Source: Octopus sinensis (Eukaryota). From it: a stretch of DNA of 64,000 nt. The stretch's first letter is position 1. Every line of letters starts with the position of its first letter. Positions 12,087-23,714 of the stretch are shown here, in pieces. The translations under genes were made by a program, and so were the position numbers. The DNA lies in the NCBI RefSeq assembly GCF_006345805.1, contig NC_043005.1, forward strand, positions 98,952,001-99,016,000, read 5' to 3'. The notes below the pieces were generated by a model that did no database searches, was not told where the DNA came from, and saw only the letters and a list, made by a program, of their open reading frames with translations.

Positions 12087-12800
12087 TGTGAAACAAATTT
12101 CAGGTTCAAAAAAAGTACAAGTTAAGAAAGACTTGTTTCTGGGTCAAAAGATTGTCCTGATACTGATTCTGACCTTTATTCCTCCAGATTGGGCACCGTT
12201 TTCCTGTACCAGGAACCATACGTTTTATAATATACTGCATAATATTGCGTATTGAACACAACATTGCAAGTACTGAAAGTTACAAAAAACAAAACAAAAA
12301 TTTAGTTGGTATAACAAAACATATATTGGTTATGAATTAAAAACACACCTGTCAGTTTAAACAACTTTTGTCCTTCTAAGCCTCTTGTGTGGAGTGTAAT
12401 CTTCTTTTTTTATACCCCACCAGTAGTCTATCAACATGCCAGGGTTCCATTTTCCTTTGAATCATCACTCCATCACTGAAATATCCTGATGGAATCTTTC
12501 GCCATGTTCATCACTCACATTATCCAAATGTGAGTGAAGCACATGAACTTTTAGAGACATGTTACATCCCATACCAGGCATTCAATGTCTTCACACATGT
12601 AAGGCAACACCCATGAGGCACCCATGACTTATCCTGGTTTCCTAAGTAACAATCAAAGTATGCCTTGTATATTTTCTTGATATGGCATATAATACTGTGC
12701 TTTTCTTTAGCAAAAGTCAGTTTCCTACAGATATAACAGAATCTGTTTGGATTTTTTTGCCCTATTTTGCACTCATTGTTGAAAACAAATAAGATCTGAA
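12087..12800 (-). mobile_element. Internally deleted Chapaev3-like (CMC) DNA transposon
   Basis: N-terminal NPNRFCYIC...YFDCYLGNQDKSWVPHGCCLTC joined directly to C-terminal MSLKVHVLHSHLDNVSDEHGERFHQDI...GKWNPGMLIDY. Confidence 0.75.
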
Positions 12801-13630
12801 AGATAAAAAACAAGATTCAACACAAGCTTTGTATCACGTTGTAGGTGTTACTAAGATTGGTCTCTAGCCCTGGGTTGAAACCCATTTTACAATGCAGTTG
12901 AGAATTATATTTAATAATAATGATAAGAAGGGTATACAGTGACAATTCTGTAGAAACCATGCCTAATTCAACAAAAAGAAGGCCAGAAATGGATTGTTGA
13001 ATTATATGATTGCTAGTAGCCATGTTTAATTCATGGAGAGAAAATTACCATACAGGTAAGTTAACATTTCTTTTTACTAACATTTCTTTTCCTACTTTTA
13101 TTCCACATTTCTGTTCATTATTTACTAAAGTAAAATTATTCCAACAACTACTAGTTATATAATTTTAGTTTGTCATTTCTTTATACAGGATGTAAATAGC
13201 AAAATAAGTTCATATATGCTAGACTTGAAGATTGGCAATATAATCGTTTTTATATGGTATTGTATTTAGAGACGTTCTATTTCAGCAATACTGAGGAATA
13301 TGTTGTCATGAAACGCGTGTAGTAAAGTATGATTTGAAATGAGAATTGAAGGTATTAATTTTGATAATTTGGAATAAGAATTGTAGGTATTAATTTTGAT
13401 AATTTTAATATTTAGTCCTACATCTACCTATTGTGGATAATGTCATTCAATGATGATTGAGTTGCTTGAGGGTGATTCTGTCTCTTAAACCTATCTATCT
13501 ATCTATCTATCTATATATATATATATATATATATACATATTTTATATATATACACATATGAGTGTTCATATATGTAAGTATAACGTATGTTCTGTATATA
13601 TATATCTGTATTTATGTGCTTATTTGGTAT

Positions 13631-13689
13631 ATTCAACTGAAGAAGGCAGAGCTTCTCTGAAGCAAAGCCAGAAATCCAGGATCTTGAAT
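13631..13689 (+). ncRNA. Type I hammerhead ribozyme candidate (Penelope-like end)
   Basis: ATTCAA-CTGAAGA-A-GGC...GCC-A-GAAA-TCC-A-GGA-TC-TTGAAT: 6-bp stem I, intact CUGANGA and GAAA, AUC cleavage triplet. Confidence 0.6.
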
Positions 13690-14279
13690 TGTCCAGTAAA
13701 ATCTTTTTCGCTAGTTTATTTTGTCTCTCTGTCTTCTCTCATGGCACGATATGAACATTTAAGGTGGTTTTAAAGTCAGGGTTTTGACTGCTATTTCAGC
13801 ATGGTGGTATCTCTCAGATACCCTAATTTATAGTTTTATACACACACACATATATATATATGATGCACCCCTTCTGTCAACCCCTCACTGCAGCTAAAAC
13901 CTTCCACATCCTTCTCTACATTCAGACCTTCACTCATCCCTGGCCACCTTCCATTCTCTTCTCACACTCCATCTGGTCCTTCTGATCCTTGCTCCATATC
14001 CTTTCTCATACTCACCTGCTTCTTCCTGGTCACCAACATGTCTATCTTCTTTCCAGCTGCTCCCAGTCACCCTCATATCACATGTAGTAGCCATGTATCT
14101 CTTCTATGGCAAAACACCTATGCCTGCCCCTCTGTCATGATTTAGGCTCTTGACACTTGGCCATAAATTCATCTCTCTTTGCACAGCAGCCCCATTCATT
14201 TGCGGGAGTTTTTATTTTATTTGTCTTACAAGTTACTTGGTAACTTCACTAGTATGGTACCATGAAAGAAAAAAAAACC

Positions 14280-14445
14280 ATCCAGTACGCTCTGTAAAGA
14301 GGTTGGCATTAGGAAAGAAATACAGCTGTTGAAGCCATGCCAAAGCTGACATTGGTACCTGATGCAGCTCTGCCACTTGTCAGACTTTGTCAAAGACAAC
14401 AACCCATGCCGGCATGGAAAAGAGACACTGATGATAATGATGATG
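14280..14445 (+). mobile_element. SINE-like family C with (GAT)n tail
   Basis: gttggcattaggaa...caacccatgc..gcatggaa motifs shared with 19420-19740, 35150-35310 and 60690-60900. Confidence 0.7.
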
Positions 14446-14812
14446 ATGTTGTGATGCTATGTGAAAGTTTTCATAAAATTTATGAGGAAAAGAAGTTATG
14501 ATGCAATATAAATATTAAGGTTTCACAGAAGTGGTTATAGATTTTATGGGCTTCACTCTGTTGAACCTCAATATTTACTTTGGTATGGTTTCTATGGTTT
14601 GTTGTCCTTCCTAAGACCAAACATTATTCATAACTTTTCTTCTTTCTTCTAAGCTTAGCTTTGTTTGATGAAGCAGGCCAAGGAGACTAGACAATATCAA
14701 TAAGGTCTAATAAGCTGAAACATATCTGTTCCTTAACTCACAAAGTGCTTTGGAAGAACGATTCTTAATCTTTAAATTATCTCTCCTTTTCGTTGTAGAA
14801 TACAGGCATTGC

Positions 14813-15005
14813 AAGGCGGCAAGCTGGCAGAACTGTTAGCATGCCGGGCATAATGCTTAGCAGTACTTCGTCTGTCTTTACATTCTGAGTTCAAATTCCA
14901 CCGAGGTCGACTGTGCCTTTTATTAAGTACCAGTTGCGTACTGGGTTTGATCTAATTGGCTGGCCTCTCCCCCAAAATTTCGGGCCTTGTGCCTAGAGAA
15001 GAAAA
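14813..15005 (+). mobile_element. SINE family B
   Basis: Family motifs. Confidence 0.9.
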
Positions 15006-15048
15006 GAAAAAAAATCCTGGCATTGCTCAACTTCTGTTTGTAATTGGT

Positions 15049-15276
15049 TTGACCCTTTAGTATTCCCATTATTCGACCAAATGTGATGCTTGTTTATTCA
15101 CATTGCATTGAATTAATCCTGGATTATCTCATAGCTGTGAGATTTCTGAAATGTGACTCTTTACTTTGGGAATAATATTGTAGGATAGGGTAAGAGGCTG
15201 GATCTGACTGGTTTTGAACAAAAAGGAGGTAAAATATTTAGGCCGGATATGGCTGGTTTGAATGCTAAAGCGTTAA
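15049..15276. mobile_element. piggyBac-like MITE
   Basis: TT(G)A-CCCTTTAG ... CTAAAG(C)G-TTAA. Confidence 0.75.
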
Positions 15277-16710
15277 AGACATGTGACTTAACTCAAAACA
15301 CATCATAACACAAAAAATTACTTTTAAAAATTTATTTACTTATATCTGTTTTAATAAATGATTTGTACATATTTTCTCACATAGATTTTTTTGTTTTTGG
15401 CTTTTCACTTCATATTGGTTTTAAGTGCTTATTTTTTTTAATGCTTTTAAATAAATATGTTCACTGAAACTGGCATAAAGTCAGATAAATTGAATGAAGT
15501 TGAGCTTTATTTTACCATTAATTTCTTTGAAAAAAAGTCAATGTAAAGTCAAAAAAGACATAAAACTATGTAAATTGAGCTATACCTGTACTTACAATTG
15601 CTATATTTTTTTCTTTCTCCAACTAAGAGATAAATTTCAGTTGGTTAGGAATTTTTTCACATAAGCAACCATTACAGCATATCATAAATTTTTAATCGAA
15701 AATTCATACCATTAACCCATTTGAGTATTTCCCTTAGCTTGTGAAGAAGCATAAAAAAAAGAGAAGTTAACTTATATAGATACGTTGGCATAAAATGATC
15801 TGTGTTGAAGAATATCATCAAATTCCCATGATTAATTTAATGAGATACTGAGAAGGCAAAAGTAAAATGGTGGTGATGGTGGTGGGTGGTTCTGATGACG
15901 AGGATGATGACAGTGGGGATGATAATGGTAATGGTGGTGCTGATGATGATAAAGATGCTGCTGCTGAAGATAATGCCAATTAATTAAAATCTATCCTTAA
16001 TTCCAGCTTGTTGATGTTGTTTATAAACTGGCATCGATGCAAGTATTCTTGGATAATTGCAGCTAATCTTAAATAAACCTCACAGGTAATTACATTTAAT
16101 CTTGCCAGAAAAGCAAATAGAAAAGTGAGCTCGGCTGTGTGTGTGTGTGTGTGTGTGCGGCTTGACTCAAAGATGGGGCTTCTGGTTGATCTTTTACTGC
16201 AAAGGTCACTGGAAAGTTTTCTTATAGAATTAAAAGACCAGAAGCTGTGCATACAAGCTTGCTATGTTACTAATGCATTAGTAACATGTTTCAGGGAAGA
16301 TGGACAGAAATATTTTGGCTAAATGACTAATTTTTAATTGAAAATTAATTCCTAGCATTGTGTTCCCTTATAATTAGAATAATTAAGATGGAGATTTCAG
16401 CAATTTTGTAATCAATTTGACTGTAATTTCTGATATATTTAACAAGGGTTCTAGTTGACATATGATAAGGGCTAAGTACATAAAACAGATTCTGTCTTTT
16501 GGAAGGGCTACTTTAGATTTACTACTACTACTGCTGCTGCTGCTGATGATGATGATAATACAGGTTTTAAATTTTAACACAGGGCCAACAGTTTTGAGTG
16601 TAGGGAGCTAGTCAATTACACTGACACCAGTACTTCACTGGTACTTATTTTTTATCAACTCTAAGAGGATGGAAAGCAAAGTTGACTTCAGGGACCCAAA
16701 GAATCCCTCT

Positions 16711-18527
16711 CTTATTATTACTTTTAATTATTTTCTTTCGCTTCTCAGAGTGCTTAGTCTTGTTTACTCTGGTTGATTCTGTGAGACTGGACAGCAGCCT
16801 GTTGTCAGAGGTCTCTCAGGACCTCTTTCTGCACATTATAAGCTTTGATATTTGGTTGTTAAATACATTGAACATCCAAGTACAAATCTCAAAATCCTAG
16901 CTGTCCCCAGTGGAACAGATTTTGGGGCTTGCTCTGCTCTCATGTCAATTCCGATTTCTCTGACATATTTCTTGAACTTGGTTTTAGTGCTCTGGGCGCC
17001 CCTACAATTATTGGGATGACAGACACTCTCCTCATAGTCTACGTTCTTGCAATTTTGTCTTTTAATAGTCTGTACTTTTCAATCTTTTCTAGTTCTTTGT
17101 CACTTATGCATGCATCCCCAGGTATTGCAATATCTATAATTTTGGTTTCTTTTTTTACCTTTATCTATCACAACAATATCTGGTCATTGATTAGGAAGTC
17201 ACACTAGATTGTAAAATCACACAATATCTTATAGTCATTGTACTCAGCGACTCCCTCTTCTTCATGTTTGCACTATTTCTGTCCAGGCTGCACTTTTCAC
17301 ATAACCTCCAGTGAACAAACTTAGCCAAATTATCGTGCCTCCTTTTGTAGTGCTTTTGGGCCAACTTGCTACACTCACTCACAATATGTGAGATTGTCTC
17401 GTTTTTGCTGTCACACATCCTACAAAGGGGCGATTCGCTACTCTTATCAAATTTGGAACTTGGTGTAATTAGTTCTTAGAGCTTGCTTTTGAGTGCTGCA
17501 TATCAATGCCTCACTGCATCCTTTCAGATCGCTTTTTCTTAGCCATCTCCAAGTGTTCATCTTGTCTTTTCCTTTGATTTCTCTCAAGTATTGCCCATAC
17601 TGCACTGATTTCATTTTCCAGTCGTTTTCTCTTTCTTCTTGTTTGTGGGTGCATCATATTTTCAGTAAGTATTGTATTATTAATTCTAACAGCAGCAAGC
17701 AAGGATTCACTCTGCTGTTTGATGTACCATCCCAGACTGTTCTTCTCTTTGACAACACAGATCTTGCATCCTATAAGGGCTCTTCCTCCCTTGTTCCTAG
17801 GCACATACAGCCTGTCAGTATCGCTTTTTAGCTGTAGTTCCTTATTAATTGTCATCACTTTTCTGGTTTTCCTGTTCATTTCCTCAAGTTCGCTCTTTGT
17901 CCACCTAACAACATCTGCACCATATTGTATTAAGGAATCAGCCCATGTTTTCATTGCCCTGATCTTGTTTTTTTCATTGAGCCTACTTCCCACAATTAAT
18001 TTGGTTCTTCTGAGATATTCTCGCCTAAAGTTTTCCTTTATCTCACTTTCCTTGATTTTATTGTATTCTAAAATACCCAAATACCCATATCCACTAGTCT
18101 CAGTACCATTGGTTTCCTTGCCGTTGGGTAGTTCTACACCATCAGATGACATTACTTTGCTTTTTTGCATTATAAGCATACCGCACTTTTCAGTCCCAAA
18201 TTCCATTCCGATATCCTTACTGAATATGTGCACTGTTGAAACTAGGCCAGTTATTTCATGTTTGGTCATCCCAAAGATCAAAGACATCCATATATAACAG
18301 AGGATTTAATTTTCTTCCACTTTTCAAGATGTACCCCAAAGTCACTTTCCGTAGAATCTGTATGAGAGGTATCATGCAAATCACGAACAGCAATGGTGAT
18401 AGGCTATCTCCTTGAAACATGCCTCTCTTGATGTTAACCCTCTCCAAAGATTTTTCACATGAAGTTAACTCTGCATTCTGATTCTTCATTGATCTTCTAA
18501 TAAAATTTGATATGTTATCAGACACCT
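16711..18527 (-). mobile_element. 5'-truncated R4/Dong-clade LINE: RT, CCHC finger, RLE endonuclease, 3' UTR
   Basis: RGMFQGDSLSPLLF, LLYMD, GMEFGTEKC, YGYLG, RLYVPRNKGGRAL, CDSKNETISHIVSECSKLAQKHYKRRHD; (AAT)-rich flanks. Confidence 0.9.
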
Positions 18528-19419
18528 AATTATTATTATTATCATTATGTTTTATTTTCATTGTGCGAAAGCATTGTTTTGCTTCTCTCTTCAAAATATG
18601 ATCTATTCAAGCATTACCAAATGAAATTTTCATTGGAGTTCTTGTAAAAAGCACCATAATTGCCTGAGAAAGGTTTGCTTTTGATATGAGGAGGGGGGGG
18701 ATGATGAAATTATGAATAAAAAAAATAAAGTTTATTTCACAAACTTTAAAAATTATGTTTATGCACATTACATTTTAAAATCCAAAATGGCCATCACACA
18801 TCATCATTATGTTGCAAGTCTAAATACTACAATGGCTAAAAAAGCACAAAATTCAAACAAGACAACTCAATGTACAAGAGGAAGGAGATAATGAATGGTA
18901 AAGTGAACAGTTAATTGAATAAAAATATCCCAAATGCTCAAATAAAATATTTTGAAGATAGTGACAGTAATAACAACATTAATCTCAGTAGCACCTCTTA
19001 CACAAGTCCTTATACTATAGTCTGTTCATACAGCAGTTCTGTAAAGGCAAACTGTACCACAAAACAAAATAAATATTACAGACCTTTTAGATCTATCAAT
19101 TTCAAGAATAGACATATAGGTTGGCGAACTTCATAAAATCAAACATTTTTTTGCCAAAGGCAACTGATCCATGAAAGGGCAAAAGGAAAAAGTATATAGC
19201 TCTGTTTATGAGAGATTTGAAGTAGACTAGGTCTTCTCTCCCCTCAAGTAGTACAATAGGCTCTTTGAGACAAGAAAAAGTTCTCTCAACTGAAAAAGGC
19301 AAAGGCTCTTGCCTTATCTGCTGTACCTTTAAACTGAAGGCATAGCCAGAATACAGGCTGAGATTGTCAGACAAAACTTTGATCAAAATAAATATCAAAT
19401 GGAAACTGTAGTTGTGATA

Positions 19420-19740
19420 TCTGTGCCAGTGGCACGTAAAAAGCACCATCTGAACATGGCCGATGCCAGCGCCACCTTAACTGGCTTCTGTGCCGGTGGC
19501 ACGTAAAAAGCACCATCTGATTGTGGACACTACCAGCCTCCCCTGGCACTTGTGCTGGTGGCACATAAAAAGCACCCATTACACTCATGGAGTGGTTGGC
19601 ATTAGGAAGGGCATCCATCTGTAGAAACACTACCAAATCAGACTGGAGCCTAGTGCAGCCTCCTGGCTACCGAGACCTTGGTTGAACCGTCCAACCCATG
19701 CTTGCATGGAAAGCTGATGTTAAACGATGATGATGATGAA
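19420..19740 (+). mobile_element. Family C element with three internal GTGGCAC(G/A)TAAAAAGCACC repeats
   Basis: Motif at about 19429, 19496 and 19559; (GAT)n tail. Confidence 0.8.
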
Positions 19741-20187
19741 CTTTGACTCTACAGAGAAACTCAAGAATGACAACAGAAGACATCAGAAATGATGAAAAGC
19801 CATGTATAGTCATTGTCACTTTTGTATTGTAGTATGGGAGAATGGACAAGGCAGATTTAACAAAAGGTGAGTGTGATCAGGGACATCAAAATGAATTTGC
19901 AAATTCTTATGACACCTGAAGGCCACAGAGCCATACCAGAACTGTGCCCTATTGAAGACATCATGACAAAGGGAATGAAGTTGATGACAAGAGTAGAAAA
20001 CGTGAAGCTACATTTGTTGGGGGTGAAGCTCACCTTAGAATTGAATGCCAGGAAGAAGAGAGAAGTTAAAGTATGAAAAGAAATATGAAGATAATGAAGA
20101 TGAAGAGCAACAGGAAAAGAACACCAGCCAAAACACTGGGGATGGTAAGTGGAATAGTTCTATGCCCAGCATTAGAAATCCATTCTA

Positions 20188-20580
20188 CTATTCTTTTATT
20201 CTTTTACTTGTTTCAGTCATTTGACTACAGCCATGCTGGAGCACCACTTTTAGTCGAACAAATTGACCCCAGGACTTATTCTTTGTAAGCTCAGAACTTA
20301 TTCTATTGGTCTCTTTTGCCGAACCACTAAGTTATGGAGATATAAACACACCAGCATCAGTTGTCAAGCGATGGTGGGAGGGGGGGGAAACATAGACACA
20401 CATACAAATACACACACACACACACATGAAGGGCTTCTTTCAGTTTCTGTCTATGAAATCCACTCACAAGGCATTGGTTGGCCCAAGGCTATAGTAGAAG
20501 ACACTTGCCCAAGTTTCCACACAGTGGGACTGAACCTGAAACCGTGTGGCTGAGAAGCAAGTTTCTTACCGTACAACCAT
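20188..20580 (-). mobile_element. SINE family A
   Basis: Reverse-complement copy. Confidence 0.9.
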
Positions 20581-20599
20581 TCCTATAGGCACAAGTTTG

Positions 20600-20765
20600 A
20601 AACTTTGGGGGAGAAGGTTAGTCAATATAGCAATCCCAGTACTCAATTGGTTCTTATTTTATTGACAGCAAAAGGACAAAAGGCAAAGTTGACCTTGATA
20701 GAATTTGAACTCAGAATGTAGAATCACTAAGCATTTTGTTTGGCATGATAACTATTCTGCCAGCT
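20600..20765 (-). mobile_element. SINE family B, decayed
   Basis: gaatttgaactcagaatg and ctgccagctt motifs. Confidence 0.75.
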
Positions 20766-21169
20766 TACTGCCTTGCCCTGTATCAGAAATAAATGAACAT
20801 GCGTCTCATCCCTTAACAGTGCTTACCTATAGTACCCCACCTTTATCATGTGATGAGAAAAAAATAATTATGCATGAAAATTTACAAATGGTTAGAGAAA
20901 GAACAAAAGAAAATGAAAAAATCACAGACAAAAAACAACATAAAACAACATAAACAAGTGTAAAAAGAATGAAAATGATGGTGAAATAAGATTCACTGTC
21001 CTTTAAAAATTAGACACAGTTAATAGACAAAATAATGCTTTTGTGGTACCATAAACTTTCCAAAGAAGTTAGAATAACACAAAAGCATATAAAAGATAGA
21101 TTACACTATGTAACACTATTTTTGTCCACGTGTAGCGACTGCTATTTCCTATTTACTTACTCCTAGAAA

Positions 21170-21390
21170 ATCTGAAAACTGGCTAATATTTCCTTCAAGT
21201 TTTGCTTTTGTTACATTTATTCAAACCCCAAAGAATCCTACTCAACACATGGTTATGATGCTCTCCAATTGCTCTTATCATGATCAGAGATGTACATATT
21301 GTCAGCCGCTAAGGGACATGCTCATGTGGTTAAGGTCAAGCAACTGACAAGCAAATCTCTGGTATTGAACAGAATATTTGTTATAACGAT
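21170..21390 (-). repeat. Interspersed repeat family E
   Basis: Reverse complement of 24588-24845. Confidence 0.8.
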
Positions 21391-21810
21391 ATTTCTGCTT
21401 CAGCAACTCAGTGCTGAATCTGAAATGTAATGGAAAATAGGTCAGTTTCAAAACATTAATGTCTAGGTAAAAAAAGTTTGAAGGGAGCAGTAGTCATTTC
21501 TTTCGATTTCTAGATAGAAGCAAATAGGAAATAACATTTACTGACCAGACAAGAAAAAATTAAACTTTTGTTACATTGTGTTATTATTAAAATTGAAACT
21601 AGGACATTACTCTGAAATTAAAGAGATCACTTTCAATATGCTGGGGTTTTACAACATTAAATGTCTCAAAAGATGCTTAATGGTGAATTTGAGAAATTAT
21701 TATACAAATAGGGTAGTAGAATGTCCTAATTCAACTTAACCAATATTTCATAATTTCGTTTTTGGATTTGGTTTGCAAGATTCTTTATATGAGTTCGTGT
21801 GTTGAAGCAT

Positions 21811-22014
21811 ATTCTGTTGTGTCTGGGGAGAGTCATTTTCTTTTTGAGCCTTATAATGTAACACACTCACTGGTAAAATTTCCACTTTTTTCTTATTTTT
21901 ATTTAACGAAAATTTTCTTTAAATAAAAATAAGAAAAAAGTGGAAATTTTACCAGTGAGTGTGTTACATTATAAGGCTCAAAAAGAAAATGACTCTCCCC
22001 AGACACAACAGAAT
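21811..22014. repeat. 204-bp near-perfect palindrome
   Basis: Arms are exact reverse complements except C21907/T21918; centre GAAAA|TTTTC. Confidence 0.95.
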
Positions 22015-22399
22015 TTCATAATTTATCTATTTATATATTATTATAATCTTAATTTTAATTATTGATTGTTTCATTATACTATTTCATTTATTCTCTCATA
22101 AATATGTGTGTATATTATGTATGTGTGTATATTATGCATGTGTGTGCGTGTGTTATGTTGATGATGTCTGTGATAGCAGTCGTGCAGGTGCTGAGGATAA
22201 TGGTATTGATATCACTGGTGTTGGGGGTAGTGTTGGTGCATCATTACTTGAAGTAGCCTACTTCATTTGTTTATATTTTCCAATCTTCTGATTAGTATAT
22301 ATTTTTTTGTTATTGTTACTGTTTGCAATTTTGTGTCCTCTCCATCTTCTTTGTCACATGACATGACTGTGTGGTGTGAGCTGGGGAGGTTTGTGGTGG

Positions 22400-23520
22400 T
22401 GTTTTGTTTATATAGTTGTTGTTGTAGTGATGGTATCATTGGAAGTGGCAAGCATTCTTGTTTCCTTCTTTGCTGTTACCTTGAGGTGGCTTGTGCCACC
22501 ACACAAGTGACACCTTGGCCTTTGGCTCTCAATGGCTACATATCGTTTTGTGCCATTTGGAAGATTGAGCAGGTCTGAGATGGTTTTCATATTTTGGTGA
22601 TACATTTGGCTCAATAGTTCCATCCATTAACCATACTAATTTTGTTACTGCAACCTCTGTATCAGTAAACTATTAGATTTGTTTATATCAAAATATTTAC
22701 ATCAAAGAGGTCAGCTGCCACCAACCAGAAAATGTCTATTTCTGGTGGCACATTGATTATCTTTATTTTAACTAACCTGCAACCAAGTTAGGTTGGGATG
22801 AGGAGCAATTGCTCTCTCCTTAGGGTTGTTCTGGAGTGCGTTCTGGTCCCATCTTCTGTAGGTAATCTCACCTCAGACTATATACACTTGTTTCTGCTTT
22901 TGATGTAAGTTTTTGTGCTCCAGATTGGTCTGAGACACTTTTCAATCTACTGCTGTGTCATCTGTTCTATTTTTCTACTCTTTGTAGTAGAAAAGTTTTT
23001 ATATACAACTGTTCTGAGGTCATTTTTGTTGCTGGATGGATCCTGGAATGTTGAGTTTCACTCAAATGTTAATGGATTTTTAAAAGATTAATTCCATTTT
23101 TATAACAATTTCTTCCTCTATTTGGCAGGCCAAGTCAGCAAACCTGCTACCTCTACATTTGCATGTTGTACTTTCTACTTTTGAGTTAGTGTTAGTGTTG
23201 TTGGTGGCAAAGGAAGTGGAATGCTCAGGTGTTGAATGGATAATTGAATTTTTTTTGTTCTACAGTCACATTTTTGTTGTTGCGGTTATTTTCAATTTCA
23301 TTGTTTTTGTTGTTTTTCATTTGCCTTGTCATTGCTGTTGTTGTTTCATTTGTTGTAGCTTTTCTTGTTTTCATAGAAAATGGTGGAAATAGTGGAGGTG
23401 GAGGTGGTGGTACTTTGCTGAAGAGGCAGGAAGTTTGTGTCAAAACAGTTCTTGAAATTATTGGTTCTCCACCACTGGGCAGTTTCCTCAAATCTTCATG
23501 GATTAATTTTTAGAAAATAC
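22400..23520 (-). pseudogene. Decayed L1/Tx1-type ORF1 (gag-like, CCHC knuckle)
   Basis: IEKCLRPIW...VPPEIDIFWLVAA and RPRCHLCGGTSHL align by eye with ORF1 at 39765-40520. Confidence 0.75.
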
Positions 23521-23714
23521 AAACATGAATTCCTCCACAAACTGCAATAATTTAACAAAGCCAAGCTAGCCCCAGGTGATATTGGTTGGCTTATTAACAA
23601 GATAGTACAACAAAAATATAAAATAACATTCTTAGAAATAACAAAATTTAACAAGAACTCATGAGCTTAAAAAAATATACCCTCATTTTGCAAACACAGG
23701 ATAATAATAATAAT

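Noticed and set aside
15980-16322. Host exons in the protein-like ORFs at 15980-16252 and 16125-16322
   Set aside because: No matching acceptor-donor pair keeps an open frame; no recognised domain
19102-19449. 115-aa minus-strand ORF as a host exon
   Set aside because: Starts inside a repeat, no clear splice boundaries, no recognised motif
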